From an uncultured delta proteobacterium (GTDB taxonomy: Bacteria > Myxococcota > Kuafuiibacteriia > Kuafuiibacteriales > Kuafuiibacteriaceae), in assembly GCA_963803435.1 (NCBI GenBank), contig CAWDML010000008.1, forward strand, positions 448,001-512,000: a DNA stretch of 64,000 nt, in the 5' to 3' direction. The translations under genes and the position numbers were made by a program. Below are positions 60,493 through 64,000 of this stretch, piece after piece. The notes beneath the pieces were generated by a model. It was not told the origin of the DNA. It saw nothing but the letters and a program-made list of their open reading frames with translations, and searched no databases. Numbering within the stretch: the stretch's first letter is position 1; each line of letters begins with the position of its first letter.

Positions 60493-62212
60493 AGCTCGCG
60501 AGCCCCGACGAGGGACGTCCGCCCGCCTCGGTGCACGCGCATCCAACGTCCTCGAGCGCCGGCGTCGTCTCCTCGGGTGGCGGTCCCATCGGATCGGGCT
60601 TCACCGGCGCAGGGTCGGCCAGCTTCGACAGCGGCGGCTGTGACCCGAGGGCCGCCAGCTCGATCGGTCGCGTCTCGAGCACCGGGCCACAGAGGTCGCT
60701 CGGATCGCGCGGCGCGAAGTCGACGGTCAGCGAATATTCGCCCTCTTGCGGGATGAGATCGCTGACGTAGCTGTCGGCGACGAGGAGGTAGCTTCCCGGC
60801 TCGAGCTCGCGGGAGAGGGTGGCGTCGTCGCGGGCCAGGCAGTCGGCCTCGGTGTCCCCAGCGAGCAGGTGGAGGTCGATGTCGACGCCGGGCCCGTCGG
60901 TCACCGAGGCCTCCAGCGTGCCGGCGCGGCAGAGATCGATCCGATAGACCCACTCCCGCCCGTACTCGGGGAGCGCAGGCGCGCAGCCGTACCAGTTGAA
61001 CCAGTTGCTCGGCGCGAGCCGCGTGTCGCGGGTGTCGGAGAAGGGGAAGGCGTCGATGGGGATCGGCGCGGCGCGCCCGCCCTCGAGCGGATCGGGCTCC
61101 GCGGTGAAGTAGGCGTCGAGCGTGTCCCAGAGCTCGGAGTGGTCGCCATCGTAGCCGAGCGCCCACATGCCGACGCCGCCCAGGCCTTGCTCGAGCGCCA
61201 GCTGATACTTGGCCGCCAGGCTCTCCTCGTCCTCGTACCAGCACTGGCGGAAGCCTCCGCCGGCCTGGTAGGCGTACCAGGGGTTCTGGGATTCGGGATC
61301 CCAGCGGCGCAACCTGCCTTGCGCCAGCGCGTCGCGGGCCGCCGCGTAGGTGACGGAGCGGCTGTCGCCGGTGGTGGTCGCGTGGATCTGATCGCTGGTG
61401 GTGGACCAGTCGTTGCCGTAGTACGGCGCGCCCCAGACGATCACGCTGCGGGCCTCCGCCGGGATCTGTGCCGTGTACGACGCGACGGTTCGCTGCATGG
61501 AGATCGAGATGTGCGATCGCCAGTCGTGCGTGATGCGGAACTGCCCCACGGGGCCGGCCTCGCCGCTGCCGCCCCAGTGATAGCCGTAGCCCATGATGAA
61601 GAAGACGTCGGTGTCGGGCGCGAGCGCGGCCAGATCGAAGCTGTCTGTCCAGTCGACGGCGGGCGCAGCGATCGCAATGCCGGCGCCCGGATGGCCGCGC
61701 GCGATCAGGGCCTCGCGCAGCGTGTGGATGAAGCGGGTGAAGCAGTCGCGGGTCCCCGATTGGAGCCCTTCGAAGTCGATGTTGACCCCGTCCGCGCCGG
61801 CCGACTCCATGGCGTCGATCATGTGCGTCACCGCGTTCGCAGTGTTGGCGTCGGAGCAGGTGAGGGTGGTGATCCCGGCTCCACTGAAGAGCGTGAAGCA
61901 GACGTCCGCCTTCAGGCCGAAGTCGTGCGCAGTGTCGACGAAGTTGGTGCTCGGCCAGCCGTGCATCTCGGTGAGCTCGCCCTGGGGCGAGATGCCGACC
62001 GAGAAGTAGGCGATGTGCGTCAGCAGGTCCCAGCGCAGGCGATCGAAGACGTCGACCCAGTACGGGTAGTAACCGTAGACGACGCGGTCCACGCGCGGTG
62101 CTCCCGAAGCGCCCAGGATCCGGGGCAGCGCCACCGGCGGGTCGTCGCGGTGCTGGACCAGCGCCTCCTGGTGGGGCGGCATCGCGAGGAGCAGGACGGG
62201 GACGGGCAGCAC
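60428..62212 (-). CDS. GH18 glycoside hydrolase with PPC-like domain and MYXO-CTERM-like tail
   Basis: DGVNIDFE catalytic motif, MGYGY, GAPYYG, GLGGVGMWALGYD, and terminal GCAC...WRRRR. Confidence 0.88.
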   Translation of the reverse strand: MLPVPVLLLAMPPHQEALVQHRDDPPVALPRILGASGAPRVDRVVYGYYPYWVDVFDRLRWDLLTHIAYFSVGISPQGELTEMHGWPSTNFVDTAHDFGLKADVCFTLFSGAGITTLTCSDANTANAVTHMIDAMESAGADGVNIDFEGLQSGTRDCFTRFIHTLREALIARGHPGAGIAIAAPAVDWTDSFDLAALAPDTDVFFIMGYGYHWGGSGEAGPVGQFRITHDWRSHISISMQRTVASYTAQIPAEARSVIVWGAPYYGNDWSTTSDQIHATTTGDSRSVTYAAARDALAQGRLRRWDPESQNPWYAYQAGGGFRQCWYEDEESLAAKYQLALEQGLGGVGMWALGYDGDHSELWDTLDAYFTAEPDPLEGGRAAPIPIDAFPFSDTRDTRLAPSNWFNWYGCAPALPEYGREWVYRIDLCRAGTLEASVTDGPGVDIDLHLLAGDTEADCLARDDATLSRELEPGSYLLVADSYVSDLIPQEGEYSLTVDFAPRDPSDLCGPVLETRPIELAALGSQPPLSKLADPAPVKPDPMGPPPEETTPALEDVGCACTEAGGRPSSGLASFIAGAAGWMWRRRRRRPPPAG

Positions 62213-62311
62213 CGGCGTCGAGCTGACCAAAAGCGGCGCCGGCCGTCCATCGGCCGGGGGTTTAACAACCTTTAACTGGGCCTCGCGCGCGCCCTGAAAG
62301 ATAGGTCGAGC

Positions 62312-63469
62312 ATGAGATGGATCGGCCTCGTCCCGGTGCTGCTGACGGCGTGCGCTCAGGCGAACGGTGAGCTCCCCGATGCAGCGGGCGACTCCGGCGC
62401 CGACCCCGGACTCGACGCCGGCCTGCCCGATGCGACCACGAGCAGCACGACCGACGCCGGCGTTGTGGACTCCGGGCCCACCTACGAGGAGGCGGTGCTG
62501 GGTGCGTCGTGGGTCGAGCTCGCCAACGGGCCCAAGGTCGCTCGCGGCAAGCAGGACGACATCTTCTTCACCACGCCGCTCCACGGCTTCGCAGTGAGCG
62601 GGCCCGCCGCGCGGGTCTATCGTACCGACGACGGCGGTGAGACCTGGAGCCCGGTCTTCCACAGCGCCACCACGTACTTCCGCAGCCTCCTGTTCGTCGA
62701 CGATCAGCACGGCTTCGCCAGCAACCTGGGTCCGATCCCCGGCACCGGCATCACCGACCCCAACGTCCTGTACGAGACGATGGACGGCGGCGACCACTGG
62801 GCGGCCGTCACCGAGATCGATGGCCCGATGCCCACCGGGATCTGCAACCAGACCAAGTCCGACGCGGATCACCTGGTGGCGGTCGGGCGGGTCATGGGCC
62901 CGTCCTTCCTGATGCGATCGAGCGACGCCGGCGCGCACTGGACGTCGTCGGATCTGGGTGCGCAGCTGCAGATGTTGATCGATGCCCGCTTTCCCTCGCC
63001 GACGGAGGGAATCGTCGTGGGCGGCACCGCGGCCAACCCGATGAGGTGCACGATCCTCCGGACGACCGACGGCACCACCTTCGACACCGTGTTCACGGCC
63101 GCCGGCGCCAACACGCTCTGCTGGAAGATCGCGTTCCCCTCGGATCGCGTCGGCTACGTCTCGATCCAGAGCCTGGGCGCCGGCACCGGCACGTTCGCGA
63201 AGACGACCGACGGCGGCGCGACCTGGACCGAGATGCCGCTGACGCCCACCCCCTACGCCGGAATCGGGATGGGTTTCATCACCGAGGACATCGGCTGGAT
63301 CTCGAGCGAGGACAGCTCGCAGCCCACGTATCGAACGATCGACGGCGGCGAGACCTGGACCGAGGATGCGGTCCTGCGCTCACCCCTCAACCGCTTCCGG
63401 TTCGTCGACGCGCGCACCGCGTATGCGATCGGAGGTTCGGTCTACAAGCTCACGATCGACTGGCAGTGA
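62312..63469 (+). CDS. YCF48/BNR (Asp-box) repeat lipoprotein
   Basis: Lipobox LTAC and repeated T.DGG.TW boxes. Confidence 0.88.
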   Translation: MRWIGLVPVLLTACAQANGELPDAAGDSGADPGLDAGLPDATTSSTTDAGVVDSGPTYEEAVLGASWVELANGPKVARGKQDDIFFTTPLHGFAVSGPAARVYRTDDGGETWSPVFHSATTYFRSLLFVDDQHGFASNLGPIPGTGITDPNVLYETMDGGDHWAAVTEIDGPMPTGICNQTKSDADHLVAVGRVMGPSFLMRSSDAGAHWTSSDLGAQLQMLIDARFPSPTEGIVVGGTAANPMRCTILRTTDGTTFDTVFTAAGANTLCWKIAFPSDRVGYVSIQSLGAGTGTFAKTTDGGATWTEMPLTPTPYAGIGMGFITEDIGWISSEDSSQPTYRTIDGGETWTEDAVLRSPLNRFRFVDARTAYAIGGSVYKLTIDWQ

Positions 63470-64000
63470 GGTCGCGGTCTCGAGCGCGATCGTGAGGTCG
63501 GGATCGATCAGGTAGCCGTCGTCGCGCGTCACGATGATCCGTTCCAGCCCCAGTCGGCGCAGGGTCGCGATGGCCACGCGCACGCGCGTCGAGGCGGCCT
63601 CGGCCTGCACCTGCTCTCCCGGCCACCCCGCGCCGAGCAGCGCCTCCCGATCGAGCGCACCGCCCGACGTCCGGTGCTGCTCGACCAGCGCCAGCAGCAC
63701 CCGCCGGATCGGTCCCCGTCGCGCGAGGTCCACCTCCGTTGCGCCGCGCACGAAAAACCACGTCGGCCCGACCGTCAGCGCCGGCGTTCCCGCATGCGTC
63801 CTCGCGAGGGCGGCCGTCAGCAATCGGCGGGCAAAGCGCACGGCAAAGCCGCTCGCCGACGCACGCGGATCGGCGAGGCGGGCCCGCGCGGCGACCAGGT
63901 GACCGTGGGCCCCCGAGGTGCGGGCGCGGGCGAGATCGAGGAGGCCGAGGTGAAGGTCGATGGCGGATTCGAACCCGGGCACGCCCGACCCCTCCAGCCG
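63380..64000 (-). CDS. C-terminal winged-helix domain of a regulator (partial, begins beyond the right edge)
   Basis: VDL.RR...RRVLLALV...L..GWPGE...RVRVAIATLRRLGL...DGYL.DP. Confidence 0.7.
   Translation of the reverse strand, partial: RLEGSGVPGFESAIDLHLGLLDLARARTSGAHGHLVAARARLADPRASASGFAVRFARRLLTAALARTHAGTPALTVGPTWFFVRGATEVDLARRGPIRRVLLALVEQHRTSGGALDREALLGAGWPGEQVQAEAASTRVRVAIATLRRLGLERIIVTRDDGYLIDPDLTIALETATSLPVDRELVDRTSDRIRGARVDEPEAVEG

Noticed and set aside
60428-62938. 836-aa extent of the GH18 ORF
   Set aside because: The upstream part overlaps the divergent BNR gene antisense; a start near 62212 is more plausible.

Overview
High-GC, myxobacterium-like chromosomal DNA: many lipoproteins with Asp-Ala-Gly linkers, MYXO-CTERM-like tails, Cys-rich repeats and a PEGA Ser/Thr kinase. 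Routine content includes an SQR-like oxidoreductase, Hsp20, an Eis-like GNAT, prfC, an alpha-2-macroglobulin (yfa/mag-like) envelope operon and a biotin-dependent acyl-CoA carboxylase operon. The last two carry clustered frameshifts that look like read errors. I saw no rRNA, tRNA or CRISPR array. The most unusual region is about 8.0-16.2 kb, with two features. (i) An ~815-bp element bounded by ~57-bp inverted repeats, each containing CTAG near its outer edge, carries only a four-helix-bundle gene. (ii) A duplicated three-gene module follows: [enzyme-derived protein with a non-catalytic N-terminus]-[PsbP/DcrB-like adaptor]-[small protein with a shared QQxxxYxxxxxRTG N-terminal motif and variable C-terminus]. 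The enzymes are a HAD-like protein and a pyruvate phosphate dikinase lacking its ATP-grasp domain. A sigma28-like GAAA-N15-xxCGATAA promoter precedes this cluster and recurs before an orphan gene at 55.8 kb. I infer, without proof, a co-regulated secreted-effector/adaptor system. Also notable are a circularly permuted esterase (29.8-31.7 kb) and an IS5/IS110 remnant cluster whose IS110 non-coding end appears retained. All family calls come from motif recognition by eye, not database searches.
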